From Amphiscolops sp. MND2022 (taxonomy: Eukaryota), in contig OZ076409.1 in assembly GCA_964187785.1 (NCBI GenBank), forward strand, positions 5,024,001-5,088,000: 64,000 bases of DNA. Reading direction: 5' to 3'. Below the pieces are notes generated by a model. It searched no databases. It saw nothing but the letters and a program-made list of their open reading frames with translations, and was not told the DNA's origin. Numbering within the stretch: position 1 is the stretch's first letter; each line of letters starts with the position of its first letter. The translations under genes and the position numbers were made by a program. Below are positions 48,501-61,633 of this stretch, one piece after another.

Positions 48501-51500
48501 TGACAGGTTTGTCTGAAATGTAAGATACTTGCAAGATTCTTACATATAATGTCTGATATGTTCCACTTCTGCAAGACACTTGCAAGAAATGTACGGGAGT
48601 ACGACTAGGGTTCCCAATAGTGATGACGTAATGAATAGCGATGACGTAATGAATAGTGATGACGTAATTTGCAGGGGGTACGGGGGAGGAGGGGAGACGC
48701 CTAGTGTGGGGGCGATCATAGACAGGATGGGCGTGGCCTCGTCCAAGTCGCAGGGTCTGAGTCACGTGATCACCACCTTCCTCAAACTGCTGGCCAGTCC
48801 CGACCAGACACTCTACGTCATGACGGACCAAAACCAGTGAGTCATCCATGTGGCCCCATCTTTTTCCTTCTCCCCCACACGCGAAAAAGGATGTGGAAAA
48901 GTTGCAAAATGAACAGTGTTTCAGGAAAAGTATTTTAGGAACTTTTAAAACGTATTTTCGAAAGAATTCAAAAGGTAAAATTTGCTTTTTCCAATGTGTG
49001 GGAAGGGAATTCTGGTTACTTATTTGTATTATTTTTTTCCGGTATGAACGCTTTTTCGTACGGTCTTTCGAAAATTTTCCATTTTTTTTCTTCAAAATTG
49101 AACATCGCTGGTGCAAGGGAACTATTTGGGCCATGTTGAGAGCGCTCGTTCCTCAAAGTTTCGCAAAGTTTTTTGAATTTTTTAGACAGGTTGAAACGTT
49201 TTTCCTACGGCATCTCTGACTGTTTTTTTTCTGAATTTTTTCCCAACTTCATTTGTTTTAAACCGAAGCCAAGCTAGCGTAGGGGCAAATAGGGATCCTT
49301 TGGTGCTTGTAAAAACCACTCTTGCCAAAAAGTTCAATTCTTTGTGAATTTTTCCGAATACGAAATTTTTCCGAATTCCTTTGCGCCTCGGGCGGCTATG
49401 TTTTACTTGCGTGACGTAATTGTATTTGATTTGTTTCAGGGCTGGCAAAACAGTTGTCGTGGGAATCATGAAAGTCGGCTACAAAAACCTGTTTGTGCTT
49501 GTTAGTTTCTTTCCCTTCATTTCCACGCTTCATCGTCTTCTTGCGTTGGAAAAGTAGTTGGTGGCTTTTTTGGAGCTACCCTTTTACATTCTGAAGGCAC
49601 GTCATGTCTTATGCATGTATCACGCCCCGGGCATCAAGCTTAGTCTTAAAACACGGCGATCTTTTTTCAATTCTACTACTATCTAAAAGTAATTCGAACG
49701 AGAATTCGATTTTAACCAGAGATTAAAATGTTTTTAAATTTTAAGGCCCTAGATTTGAATATTCTCGACTTTTTTTACAATAAGTATATTCCAAAACTAG
49801 AGAAAGAAATTGAACTTATGAATCAGCATTTTCGTTTGCAATCGGATAAAGAATTTTTCGTTTCATTTGGGGGGTCTTTAATATTGAAGAATTTCTGACA
49901 TTCTGGGCATTCCTCATAAAGAAACTCATAAGCTGGCGCCCGCTCAAGCTCAAAGTAGTTCAATTGGCTCAGAAACTTTTTTGAAAACCTTCAGTTTCCA
50001 AAAGTATTCTAAGGACGAATCCTTTACGCTTAAGAGGCCTAATTCTGACTATAAATTTTTTTTTGAAAAAATCAGTGCGAACCTTTTTGTGGAATGAAAA
50101 TTTCTTCGAAAGCCGCACGGTGCTGATGAAAAATGGACGTGGACCTTTTGGACTCTAAAAAATTTTCATAAATGTACATTCAAAAATAAAAGATGGCCTA
50201 TGTTAAATTTTTCAAAAAATAGCTCAGTGTCGAAAAATCCAAATGAAGACCCTTTGATGTTATAAAGCTTTGCATTTCGAATGAAGAGGTCCAACAAAAA
50301 ATGTTGAAAAAAATTATGTGCTCAGGATCGAATCTCATACCTCCAGTACAGAAAGCCTACGTACCGTGCAATTTATCTTGAGATTTTTGGGATGTGTTCT
50401 AAGTTTTGTTTAATACTGCAAGTTGAACTTGAAACAAAAATGAGCTGCAACTCTCAATATTTGTTGCCTTGCCCTTGACTCGGAGTTACTCGTATTACAA
50501 AACCGAACGAGACTAAAGGGTCCCATTTCAATTTTTTTTGGCACTGAGACTCGAATATTTTTAAATGTCTCCAAAGGGCCTCACTTCATTGTTTTCATAT
50601 TTTGCATCAGAATGGACGTTAAAAAATGCAAAAAGGGTCTCACCTTTTTCATTTTCGGCACTATGAGACTGTTTCAAAATGCACCAATAATTTTTTCAAT
50701 ACTGTACAAATTTTGGAGGTGGAGGTTCGAAGAATTTGCGCTCGCATCTGAACTTCTGAAGCGTTTTCCGAGCACGAAAGGCGCCCTTTCGATGTTTTGA
50801 CCCTGTTTCCCGAGTTTTCCATGAAAACTTCCTGGGCTTATTTAGAAAACTTTGTGCGCTTTTTGAGCCTTAGGTGTAACGAGGACTTTAGACGTCGTTC
50901 CCTTAGTCTTGTTTTGTGTTCCCAGGACCTGGAGGGCAGACAAAACGAGATGCGCACGCTGTGTGTGCTGGACTTCTACGTACACGAGTCGCTACAGAGG
51001 CGTGGCTTCGGCAAACAACTCTTTGAACATGTTCTACAGGTACGCTAAAGTATCAAACGAACAACGATTCTGTGATGACCTGGGGGGTCAGCACATTTTT
51101 TCTAACAAAACACCATTTTCTACTTAAATTGGTAATAAAATAAAAATACATTACTTAAAACGTAATTACAGGGTAAAAGGGGACGATTATGGGGACGTAT
51201 TATGTGAAACGGTAAACACTCGAACATTTTATCCATATTCTGGTCGGTCTATTTCATCTTCGTATCTTTGGAAAAAAAGATTTGATTTTTTCATTATTTC
51301 GTATGAAACTTTCTTATAATTTTGGTAGGTTGGATGTTCCACAAGGGTAATGTTTTTTGAAGAAAAATTTGCGTTGAAATTCAGATTTTATTTTCATTTC
51401 GTCCTATGCCATTTCACTCGTTGCCACAAGTTCAACCAACATGTTATTATCACATTTCCAACTTTCTTCAATTTCGACCGAAACTAAATTTGGCTGGTGC

Positions 51501-54500
51501 ATATTCATTAGTTAAATAATTGTTGGTTGTTTTCATTTTCATTCATTTCTAAATTCAAATGTGCTAAGTTTTAGGCCGAATTTGACGTTTTGACTTCCTC
51601 GTGAATAATTATCATCAATTTAGCATGTACTCAGTACCAACTATTGTCATAAAATAAGTCGACCGAATTTTAGGACTAATTAGCCAAAATTAGTTTAGCA
51701 CAAAAAACGTAAGGTTGAAAATGCAGAAAGTTGGAATTGTCAACGGTTCAAATTGCATGGGATGAAATGTTGAGATGTCTGAAATGTCATGAAACCTCTC
51801 TGGGGATCTTTTGTTTCTCAATATTATCGTTTGGAGATGTTTCTATTTAGTTAATGCACGATTTCCCGTGAGTATAAGCAGCAATTGGGAAGCACATTTT
51901 TATTACAAAGTGATTTAAAAATATATTATCTGCCTAAAACAAAAGAATAGTACATAATCTTTTTGAGATAAAGTATCAACTCAGTGAATGTATCCAAAGT
52001 CCTTATTAGCATTAACGAATTACTCTAAAGTGGAGGCAAGGTATTTCTGCCATGTTTCGTCAAGTGAGTAGTTAACGTTGCCCGGCATTCATCGCGCAGT
52101 ATGTCATTTAATGTACGTAAAAAAGCCGTAGCATCAGAAATTCTAGCTGAGAAACCAATGAATGGTAGTTTGTATCACCCACATATCGTGACAATTTGTA
52201 GTCGGCGCTTTTTGCGAAGCAAAATTTGTAATGCCCGACTCTTACAGTGAATTTTTTGTCCAGACCACAGACCTCACACTGAAAGGTCCACCTTTTTGTT
52301 CATTTGTTCAACTTGAACTACGCATAATCCAAAACAAACTGGATACGTCAGAACCTCGTCCAAAACAAAACCAACGTCTAGAACCTCGAAAAAATACTAA
52401 GCATCCCCCTTTGGATATCTTAGATATTAGTGTTTTTAACTTGAATATTTTTTTGGCACTAAAAGACTTTTTTCGAAACAATTTTTGATTGCATCAAAGG
52501 CCCCCTTCAATTTTTAAGATTTTGCAACAGAATGTATGTTAATAAATCCCAAAGGGTCCCCGTTTTACATTTTTCGGCACTATGCAACATTTTCCGAAAG
52601 AAAAAATCAATTTTCAATATTTTTCCAGTTGGGGAGAAAATGGTTTCCGAGTCTTATCGAGCATGAAAGGAACCCTTTGGGTGTCTCGAAATTGTTTTCT
52701 GAGCTTTTCATGAATACGTCCTGGACATGTTTTAAAAACTTTGCGCTTTTTGAGTCTTAGAGATAGCGCCGACTTTAGACGTTTCCGTCTTTTTAGTCGG
52801 CGCTTTTCGTAGAAAAAAGACTATAGCAGTGACTTTTCTTTTTTTAAGACGAACGAACGGACAAATTTTATAAGCTGGCTTGCACTAACGCTAACTGCCA
52901 TACTACTTCTACTGGCACTTGACATAGAGGTTAATTAGGATTTTTTGAGGTCTGCCAAACAGAAGGACATGGGTTCGAGTCCCGACCTTGACCAAAAATT
53001 TTTTGCCTGGAATTTCGGCTTTGTGAGATTTTTTTTAATGTCTCCAAAGGGTCCCCTCTCAATTTTTTTCTATTTTGCAACAGAATGGATGTTCAAAAAA
53101 TCCCCAAGAGTCTCTCCTTTTGCATTTTTGGCAGTATTTGGAACTAACAGAGACTTCAAAAAAATTCTTGGAATTTTTTCCTCATTCGGGTACTGTAGAA
53201 GAGAGTACTTGACACTTTGAAGTCCTTTTGCTATTTTTGAGCCTTCGACATGGCGCCGACTTGGGCCGTTCCGGCTTGTTTCTTTTAGCATCTAGTCCAA
53301 GTCTCTTAGCAGCTAGAGGAGACACTTTTATTGACATAAAGCGAATGAGTGTTTTTAGTCGTCTTCTTTTAACAACATGGGCGCGACCGTGTCAAGTTTT
53401 TTTTTCGTCAGATAACAGAAACTTCTCAAATATTGGTACGGCCCGCGGAATCACATCTAAGTTAGTACAAAGGGTTCCATTTGTTCTATTTTTAAAGTAA
53501 CAAAGACCGGACAAGACTAAAGTATAGGACGATTTTTTACCTTCAATTCTTTTCATATTTTGCGACAAATTGGACGTTCAAAAAGCCCAATGCGTCTCCC
53601 TTTTACATTGTTCGGCATTGTGAGATTTTTCAAAATGATTATTTTTCGTCTTAATATAAGGTTTTCTCAGTGGCCCTGCACGCTATATCCGAACTTTCGA
53701 AGCGTTTTTCGAGCACGAAAGTCACCCTTTGTGTTTCGGGACTTTTTTGTGAGTTTTTCATGAGAAAGTCGTGAGCAAATGTTTGCGTTTTTGAGCCTTA
53801 AGTATAGCGCCGACTTGAACCGTACCGTCTTGTAACAAATCATTCGCCGAGAGCTGAGCCTGCATTCAATCAACAAAGCTTATAAATCAAGTTTGGATAC
53901 TTTTAGTCAAAAATGTATGGCGAAATGTGTTGCAAAAAACGCAGTTAAGAGTTAAATCTTCCGCTAGCACGAGAATAATATTTTGTGATACAGTACTTAG
54001 TAGTGAATTTGGTTTACATTCCTGTTTGCACGAATTTTATGAGAGCATTACAACGAGGCTGTTTGCTTCACAAATAATGATCACAGATTGCAGATTTTTT
54101 TTCAAATTGTTCTTTCGAAGATCACGGATCTCTTTTTGAACTGCTGAATTGAGTTTTCGTGAGCGGTCGGCCTGGGTTTTCTTTCTATTTGATTTCCATT
54201 TTTGAGCTTTCCGTTTTTCCTTGAATAAACTAACCGCTGTTTCAGGACTTGAATTTAAACCCGAGACATTTGGCCATTGATCGACCTTCTGAGAAATTCC
54301 AAAACTTTCTTGCCAAACATTACAAGATGAAGTTCCAAATACCTCAAGTTAGTAATGGCGCTCTGTTGTCTTGTCCATTTTTTCAAGACCTATTTATCGA
54401 CCCACTTTGTAAGCAAAATGCCTCGCGTTGCTTCAAATTTTTAGCTAGTTCATTTAATTCTCGTAGCAGCGAGGCAGCATTGAGATAAAGCGAACGAATC

Positions 54501-54875
54501 GTAATTAATATTATAATATTAATTAACAGTCGTTGGCTTTATTCCAATACAGGAGCTGCCCCGCTGCTACGAGAATTAAATAAACAAGCTAAAGACTTGT
54601 AGTGAGAGTCATTTGGCTAACAAAGGGGGTCGATAAGTGTGTCTTGAAAAAAAACCGTTCACGGCTTCTAAAACTTTCACTTTTTCCATTTCATGTGGTT
54701 GCAGGCCAACAACTTTGTAGTGTACGACGGCTTCTTCAAGAACCGTTCGAAGCCCTCTGCTCACAGCAGCAGATTGAACAGCCAGAGGGAACAGATGGCA
54801 CGAAATGTGATCGGGGCATCTGACACCAGAGCGACTCCCTCTTACCCGGACTACCGAAAAACCAACAGTGGTTAG
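45433..54875 (+). CDS. ATAT1: Alpha-tubulin N-acetyltransferase 1 (MEC-17 family)
   Basis: Exons 45433-45524, 48675-48836, 49440-49500, 50926-51039, 54246-54347 and 54705-54870/54875; [73 protein letters not shown]. The gene may splice onward at the donor at 54871. Confidence 0.95.
45734..46266. mobile_element. MULE/foldback-like non-autonomous element inserted in a HINE 5' end
   Basis: GGGTTAGGGACAATTTGCCGAA...TTCGGCAAATTGTCCCGTATCCC with modular ACAATTTGCCGAA repeats; TSD ATGAAGTG (8 bp, or 9 bp with the shared C). Confidence 0.8.
48335..48610. mobile_element. Probable terminal fragment of a non-autonomous CACTA/EnSpm-like element
   Basis: Dispersed TGCAAGA-type short repeats ending in ...GTACGGGAGTACGACTAGGG; the other terminus was not found. 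Confidence 0.4.
48675..48836 (+). CDS. ATAT1: ATAT1 exon 2
   Basis: tgcag|g...ca|gtgagt; [21 protein letters not shown]. Confidence 0.92.
49440..49500 (+). CDS. ATAT1: ATAT1 exon 3
   Basis: ttcag|g...ctt|gttagt; [15 protein letters not shown]. Confidence 0.92.
50926..51039 (+). CDS. ATAT1: ATAT1 exon 4
   Basis: cccag|gac...cag|gtacgc; [22 protein letters not shown]. Confidence 0.95.
54246..54347 (+). CDS. ATAT1: ATAT1 exon 5
   Basis: ttcag|gac...caa|gttagt; [18 protein letters not shown]. Confidence 0.93.
54441..54592. repeat. Palindromic MITE in ATAT1 intron 5
   Basis: TTAGCTAGTTCATTTAATTCTCGTAGCAGCG...CGCTGCTACGAGAATTAAATAAACAAGCTAA. Confidence 0.75.
54705..54875 (+). CDS. ATAT1: ATAT1 exon 6
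   Basis: tgcag|gcc; [11 protein letters not shown]; ends at TAG 54873-54875 or at donor g|gttagt 54871. Confidence 0.88.
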   Translation, partial: ANNFVVYDGFFKNRSKPSAHSSRLNSQREQMARNVIGASDTRATPSYPDYRKTNSG

Positions 54876-55870
54876 TCCGCATGTTTGGGGATGGGTTTCC
54901 GTTTGTTTTTCGAAAAAATTCATCTTATCTGCCAAGGGCGGTAAAAATTTTGACTTCATTTCCTGAACTTATAAGTGAAGATTCGAAATAAAGAGCTTTT
55001 TATCAAAATGATACAAAGTTTTGAAACAGTTTCCTGCACGCACGCGCTAAATTGGTTTTTGCGTCGAGCTTCATTGAATATGTTTCTGAAATTTGCAAAA
55101 AAACTTTCAACATCTTTTGTGATTTCACTAAAAACGTCTTTTTAGTCAGTGCATATTGTGAAGCAAAAAAATACTGACTCTTACAGTGACCTTTTTTTCT
55201 CCAGACCACAGGCCTCACACTGAAAGATCCACTTTTTACAGAAAATACTTAGGCCAAGTCCGGCCAGCGGAAACTTAGTGCAAAGGGCCCCTTTTAGTTT
55301 TTGAAACGTTACCTACAAAACCGGACGAGACTAAAGGGTCCCCCTTTCATTTTTTTTCGGCGCTATGAGTCTTTTTTTTTCGAGAATTTTTTTGTCTCCT
55401 CCCTTCAATTTTATTGAAGTCCCCCTCGTAATATCCGAAGTGAAGCGCTATATCCCGAACTTTTGACGTTATATCCGAACTATATTGCGTTTTATTAAGG
55501 AGGAGGCGGAGGTCCGAAAACAGGAGTTTCATGAAAACGTCCTACTCATATTTTAAAACTGCGCTTTTTGAGCCGTAGATATTGCGCCGACTTTCGACGC
55601 TCCCGTCTTGTTGAAATAAAGGGTGACCATTCAAGTGACTTTTCGTCGTGTTTTTTTTTCAATCCGGTCGAAGTTTTACAAAATGCCAACATCATTCCTA
55701 GCGGCCTCCTTTCATTTTCAACATCCCGGGTTGACCTGACATGCAAACCATAAAATGTTTCCATATATGGAAATTAGTTGCCATACAAAAAAATCATTTT
55801 ATGTTCTTGTTATGACTTTAATGTTTTCCATATATGATCATTGTATGGATTACATGATTTCATATAACTG

Positions 55871-56050
55871 TATGGCCCTTTTATGGAAACCATGTTTTCA
55901 AGTATGGCCCTTTTATGGAAACCATGTTTTCAAGTATGACCCTTTCATGGAAACCATGTTTTCAAGTATGGTCATTTTATGGATACCATGTTTTTTAAGT
56001 ATGGCCCTCTTATGGAAATCATGTTTTTTGAAATATGACACTTTGATGAA
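55871..56050. repeat. About 32-bp subterminal tandem repeats (5-6 copies)
   Basis: TATGGCCCTTTTATGGAAACCATGTTTTCAAG repeated with divergence. Confidence 0.9.
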
Positions 56051-56847
56051 ACCTGCTCTTCTGTTACTATCCTCACAAAATACAAGTCATATTACGACTA
56101 TTTTTTTTCTGGAAGGTGGCACCTTTCGCTAGAAGCTCAACATGATTTGAACACAACAACTTACCAAAAACATGAATTTGAATATTAAAAAAAAAACAAA
56201 TAAAACGTAATCGAAAAGAAAATCAAAAAAGAAAAAAAATCGTAAAGCAGCATATTTCTGAGGAGTTTAGCCCATCTGTAGCATTTTTCGTTTTCGAAAC
56301 TTCTTTTTCGTCCAGATTCACAGTTCGTCTCTGAGCCCAGTGCCACAATCCCAATCTGCACTGCAAAAAAATGTCAAGTTTTCGGGATTCAACGAAAAAC
56401 CATGTTCGGGACCTCAAAAACCTCCAATTTTTCGAGCATATCGTAGCCAGCTGCCACACAGCTAGCCGACACTAATATCCACAAAATGAAGCACTTTCAG
56501 AAAAAATCAAAGTAAACCAAACAAACAACGAAAAAACTCTTAAGAAAGTTTTACGGAAAATTCGAGAATATTCCAAAAGTCAGACCAAGACGTCTGAATC
56601 TTTCGTTTTGTGAAAAACTAATAAAGAAGCACTATTAGAGCGGACGCATATGAGACAGTTCAAATATCAGAACCAACAAAAAGAGAGTGAAGCAGACACA
56701 ACTCATGAACAACTAAACTGAAGACTTGGAGGTTTTCAAGATCCATTCAAAAACCAAGTCAGGACCTAGAAAACTTCCAAAGTTTTCGGGAATATCGTAG
56801 CCAACTGCCACACAGCCGACACTGACATCCACAAAAATGAGAAGGGA

Positions 56848-58306
56848 GATCCATTGAAAAATTATGAACTTCGTGAACATTCAAGTCGTCACGACCACAT
56901 TTCCCCTTATCACTGAACTGTTCCAGCGACTTTTAGCTGGTTAGAACATTGCTCATCTTGCGGGGGAGCTGGTCAACAACATGTCACCGAGGAGTAAAAA
57001 ATCATTAGCATTCCGGACCTCGAGAAACGACGTAGATTTAGGAGTCACGAAGCTAACAGCAGTAGCAGTGGAGACTGGATGAAATGCATCTATTATCTTA
57101 TGACTACCAAATTTTTGCTCATTTCAACCGTAAAATTGTCCAAATAATTGATTGAAAGGTCGCGCCAGAAGAAGCACCAACAAGACACAGGGACAGAAAC
57201 ACACAAATTGATTGCAATCAATGTAGTCCATCTGACCATTTTGCCCCAACGGATGAAGTGCACGTCAATGCTCCAACGAAAATGCGAAGCAAAGGTGATT
57301 TCAAAAATTTCATTCTCCCACACATTAATTTCAAGCTGTGGGTTCCGCTGCAAGCAAGGTAACGATCGCTGAGCCTGGTAACCAAAAGATTTTCATTTCA
57401 AAAAAAGATCAACGTAATTGAGATGAGTCATCAAATGTCCTGGAAATGGAAAATATTAAGAACTTCGGAACTGCAGGCTACACTTTCATTGGAAGATTTT
57501 CTACTCCACGGACACATATGGTTGCTGAATGGGTTCAAACTATGAGGTTTAAACATGAAAAACAACTTTTGGTAAAAGTTTTGTTTTTCACCACCTAACA
57601 GCGTTATTCATCAAATTATCAGGCCCTGACATTTGTTCGAAAGAAGACAATACGCATTCTTATCATCAGGTAGCGAGCGCAGTTTTCTTTATTTTGTTAT
57701 CATTAAGCACTTGGAGAAGGAAGATCCATTGAAAAATTATGAACTTCGTGAACATTCGCAACCACATTTCCCCTTATCACTGAACTGTTCCAGCGACTTT
57801 TAGCTGGTTAGAACATTGCTCTTCTTGCGAAAGAGCTGGTAAACAACATGTCACCGAGGATTAAAAAATCATTAGCATTCCGGACCTCGAGAAACGACGT
57901 AGATTTAGGGGTCACGAAGCTAACAGCAGTAGCAGTGGAGACTGGATAAAATGCATCTATCAGCTTATTACTACCAAATTTTCGTTCATTTCAACCCCAA
58001 AATCGTCCAAATAATTGATTGAAAGGATCGCGCCTAGAAAAAGCACCAACCAGACGCAGGGACAAAAACACAAATTGATTGCGATCAATTTAGTTCATCT
58101 GACCATTTCACCCCAACGGATGAAGTGCACGTCAATGCTCCAACGAAAATGCGAAGCAAAGATTTCAAATTTTTCATTCTCCCCACACATTAATTTCAAG
58201 CCCTGAATTCCGCTGCAAGCAAGGTATGCATCGCTGAGCCTGGTAACCAAAAGATTTTTATTTCGAAAAAAGATCAACGTAATTGAGATGAGTCATCAAA
58301 TGTCCT
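56848..58306. repeat. About 590-bp direct duplication (56848-57441 and 57723-58306)
   Basis: Both copies start GATCCATTGAAAAATTATGAACTTCG and end GAGTCATCAAATGTCCTG. Confidence 0.85.
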
Positions 58307-58552
58307 GTATATGGAAAAAATTAAAAACTTCAGATCTCAGGCTATAACTCAATGGAAGACTATCTACCTTAACTGTGAGCTCGGGATTCTGAATATAACA
58401 AACTTTGTCCCCAAAAAACGTGGAGCTCCGACATATATTTGGAGTTGGAAAGGTGTTATTGTTCAACAAAATTAAATTCAAACTCTCTTCAATCGAGAGA
58501 GCAAAATATTCGCAGATATTCATATAAATCGTAGGACACAGCTAATTTATTT

Positions 58553-59615
58553 TCAATCGTGTTCAAAATGTTGCATTATCGGTATCATAAACAGCTTTCC
58601 GTCGTGGGGCATCGGTAAAAGCTTGTCAGATATTTGGGACTGCCGAAAGCGATGCTGAAGTGAAGTCTCCAAAACTTCGAAGTAGGCGGCAGGCAATCCC
58701 TTGAAAGCGAGTTGAGGTTTGTGCGCCCTTATCACCTTGTACATTTTCACCAAAACCATATCATCTGAACCATTGATGTAAAAAACAATAATTTGACCGA
58801 TTACAAGCAATTTTTCAGTCTTGAGAGTTACGAAACTGTTTCTACAGCTATGACGCAAGGTCGAATCCAAGTCGAAAAATGGTAACTGAGCTGTTGAAAA
58901 ACACTCTGCGTCTACACCCACAGTTGAATGTAGTCTCAACAAATCGGCGCAGTCAGAGGCAGATTTGCGATCAAACCCGATAGAGCACTCCTGCCTTTGA
59001 CTCCATATAACGACTCGCAGTTTGTAAAACGTTGTACTTCTTGAACGTATTTTGCGAGTTCTTTCGCATTTCTCATAGGGCTTACAGCGTTCGGATAGTA
59101 ATGAATGCGGCCAACTCGTTTTGCTTCAATAGTGCACAATGTACATCAAAAAAAGCGTTATATCGAGACATACACAACAAAGAAGCTTTTGCAGGCAAAT
59201 CAGCTACAAGGAGAACAATTTCGAAAGGGAGTCTGACACTTTTTCCGAAACACACAACTGTCTCTTGGGATGAATTGAGATGTTGCTCAAATTTCTAAAA
59301 GAATAACAGTGACAATCACAACGAAAACAGAGAAGAGAAGGAATCTAATCACCACCTACCTGAAAAATGTCCCAGTTTGGTTTCTTGGAACCGACCACAG
59401 AGCTGCAAGTACAATATTTTTGAATGAGCTTCTCAAAACAGGTGGACGATTTGCCACCCCAGCCAAACTGGCCAAATACTCTTACTATCCGATGTTATTA
59501 GTCTGACACCATCTGAATTCAGAATTAGGTAAATATTCAGACACTGACGACTGGAATAAAAACAATCGGGAATCGGATATCCATTTTTCTGTCTCGTTCG
59601 GTCTCGTATTTTCAT
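58553..59615 (-). pseudogene. CACTA/EnSpm-type DDE transposase, frameshifted and internally deleted
   Basis: Across frames: LNSDGVRLITSDSKSIWPV, PPVLRSSFKNIVLAALW, VADLPAKA...YNAFF, CTLC, YYP, GVKGRSAL; the sequence then jumps to a C-terminal NSFV...GQIIVF segment, skipping the expected DxMH region. Confidence 0.82.
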
Positions 59616-60173
59616 ATCATTTCAACATTGGTCTGCACTATATCTTTCAGCTCCTCCGTGAAATTTAGCAAACACCAGTCTCCATAGTCTTCCTTTCCTT
59701 TGGAAAAAAACGTTGGCACGGATTAGTACACGGGATTTGTGCTTTAAGCGTTTGTAACTAGGCGCATGACTATTCGGGAAAGATTAATTTCATCCATTCG
59801 GTCGCTTCCGCATCCGATGTTCCATGTTTGACGATGATAAGGTTGCAAGCAGTGAGAAAATTCGAAAGCGAAACGTCAGATTGTGGATGAACAGATCTCT
59901 CGATGGTTTCTGATACTGGATTATCATCATCACTTCACAACAAAGAATTTGATGTATTATCAAAAATTAGAATCTAGCATAAAAACTAACCTGGAGCTGG
60001 ATAATACAGGAGACAGTATGCAGGTATCTGCAGTGATTGAAGAACAGGGGTCAGCAGTGCTGAAAATTTCTGCATCACTTTCAGAAGAACTGTCGCTTGG
60101 ATCAGCAATTTGGAAGGACAAAGTTTCTGGGTCGCAATCAGAATCGCTTGTGACATCACTGAAATCCCGGTAA

Positions 60174-60905
60174 TCAGTTTTTTTTGGTTTTTTCTACAGT
60201 TTTGGTAAAAAAATCTCCGTCTTCGAAGGTTGACTCTTCGAGCACCGACAGAGCTTCTAGGAGTGCTTGTTTTAGGAGCAACATAAGTTTATTTTTGATC
60301 ACAGCATATTTTTCGGTATGCGGACATTGACAGTTACGGTTACCGGTGTCGAAGTAGTCGGGTTCTTGAAAAACCGTCAATGGTTGCCCAGGGAATACAT
60401 CTTTCAGTGTTACCAGCTTCACACATTTCCTGCCTTTATATTTCGATGCTAAGTAGTCGCAGTTGGGTGCACAACAATGATTAGCAAATCGGCGCACTCC
60501 AACAACCATTACCCTGGCACTGGATCACATTGAGGTTGGTTCCAGAATTGATACAGGATCAACGAACTTATGTCTGTTCTCAGGAATCTTTTCAGTAAAA
60601 CCGCGTGTGCAATCCAATTTCGTTTTACTTGGAATCGTTGCACCAGTATTGTTTACCAATTGGTACCCATTGTAATTGTCTAGCTCGAAAGTTAATCCAT
60701 AGGATAGGGCATGTTGATACGCTTCGTGCAGTAAGGAATTGACCTTTCTAACAATTGACTGAGATTCAAGCAAGTCATAGTAAAGATCAGTTGTTAAAAG
60801 AGGAACTAGACTGCTCACTTTTCGTTCCGGTTTTTGGACTAAATCCACAACAATGTGGCCATCGCACAAAGCAATCAACTCACCCCGTTTTTGCAGAATT
60901 TCCAT
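60174..60905 (-). pseudogene. SUV4-20/KMT5-like SET-domain gene, copy A
   Basis: RFANHCCAPNC, KDVFPGQPLTVFQEPDYF, post-SET CQCPH; in-frame TGA at 60525-60527; domain coding region intronless. Confidence 0.8.
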
Positions 60906-61103
60906 TTTCACTAAAACCAACCGACAAACAGCCTAAATTACTTCGTGAAACCTTTTTTCCAGTAAAGAAGCAAAATTCTGGAGAATACTGAAAATTAATA
61001 GTCTTACAGACAGTCCCCACAAGCCCCAAAATCATTTGTGGTTCCGACAGCCTTACAACAGCTTTTTTCAAATTTAGAAAAATTTCAATTTAGAATATCA
61101 GCT

Positions 61104-61630
61104 GCACACGCAAGTTGAATAATTACGAAAAAAAAATCATTCGGTGTCATTCATTAAAAGGCGCGACTCCTCCGCTGAGGCAGTTGCTTTCATCAGAAGA
61201 GTGATTCAGAATATAGGCCGCACACGCAAGTTGAATAATTGCGAAAAAAAATCATTCGGAGTAATTCAATAAAAGCCGCGGCTTTTACGCTGAGGCAGTT
61301 GCTTTCATCAGAAGAGTGATTTAGACCATAAGTCGCATACGCAAGTGGAAAAAATTCGAGAAAAAAAGCTTTCGGTGTAATTCATTAATAGCCGCGGCTA
61401 CTACACTGAGGCAGTTGCTTTCATCAGAAGAGTGATTTAGAATATAAGCCGCATACGCAAGTTGAAAAATTACGAAAAAACCGCATTCGGTGTCATTGAT
61501 TAAAAGCCGCGGCTACTACGCTGAGGCAGTTGCTTTCGTCAGAAGAGTGATAAGCCGCGGCTACTACGCTGAGGCAGTTGCTTTCATCAGAAAAGTGATT
61601 AAGAACATAAGCCGCATACGCAAGTTAAAG
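61104..61630. repeat. About 117-bp tandem repeat array (about 4.5 copies); a second array starts near 63839
   Basis: GCAYACGCAAGTTGAA...CGCTGAGGCAGTTGCTTTCATCAGAAGAGTGATT repeated. Confidence 0.9.
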
Positions 61631-61633
61631 AAT

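Noticed and set aside
48580..48674. NSDDVM-repeat N-terminal extension of the ATAT1 exon 2 ORF
   Set aside because: An intronic 18-bp tandem repeat upstream of the acceptor at 48673-48674.
832..55764. Dozens of 60-170 aa ORFs with [24 protein letters not shown] peptides
   Set aside because: They are translations of the non-coding HINE repeat, recur in all frames and on both strands, and contain no domain.
59883..60173. + strand 96-aa ORF repeated at 62619-62909
   Set aside because: Antisense to the acidic, Ser/Asp-rich tail frame downstream of the SET domain; repeated only because of the duplication.
55871..61630. CRISPR-like appearance of the 32-bp and 117-bp arrays
   Set aside because: Tandem repeats without unique spacers, no cas genes, eukaryotic context.
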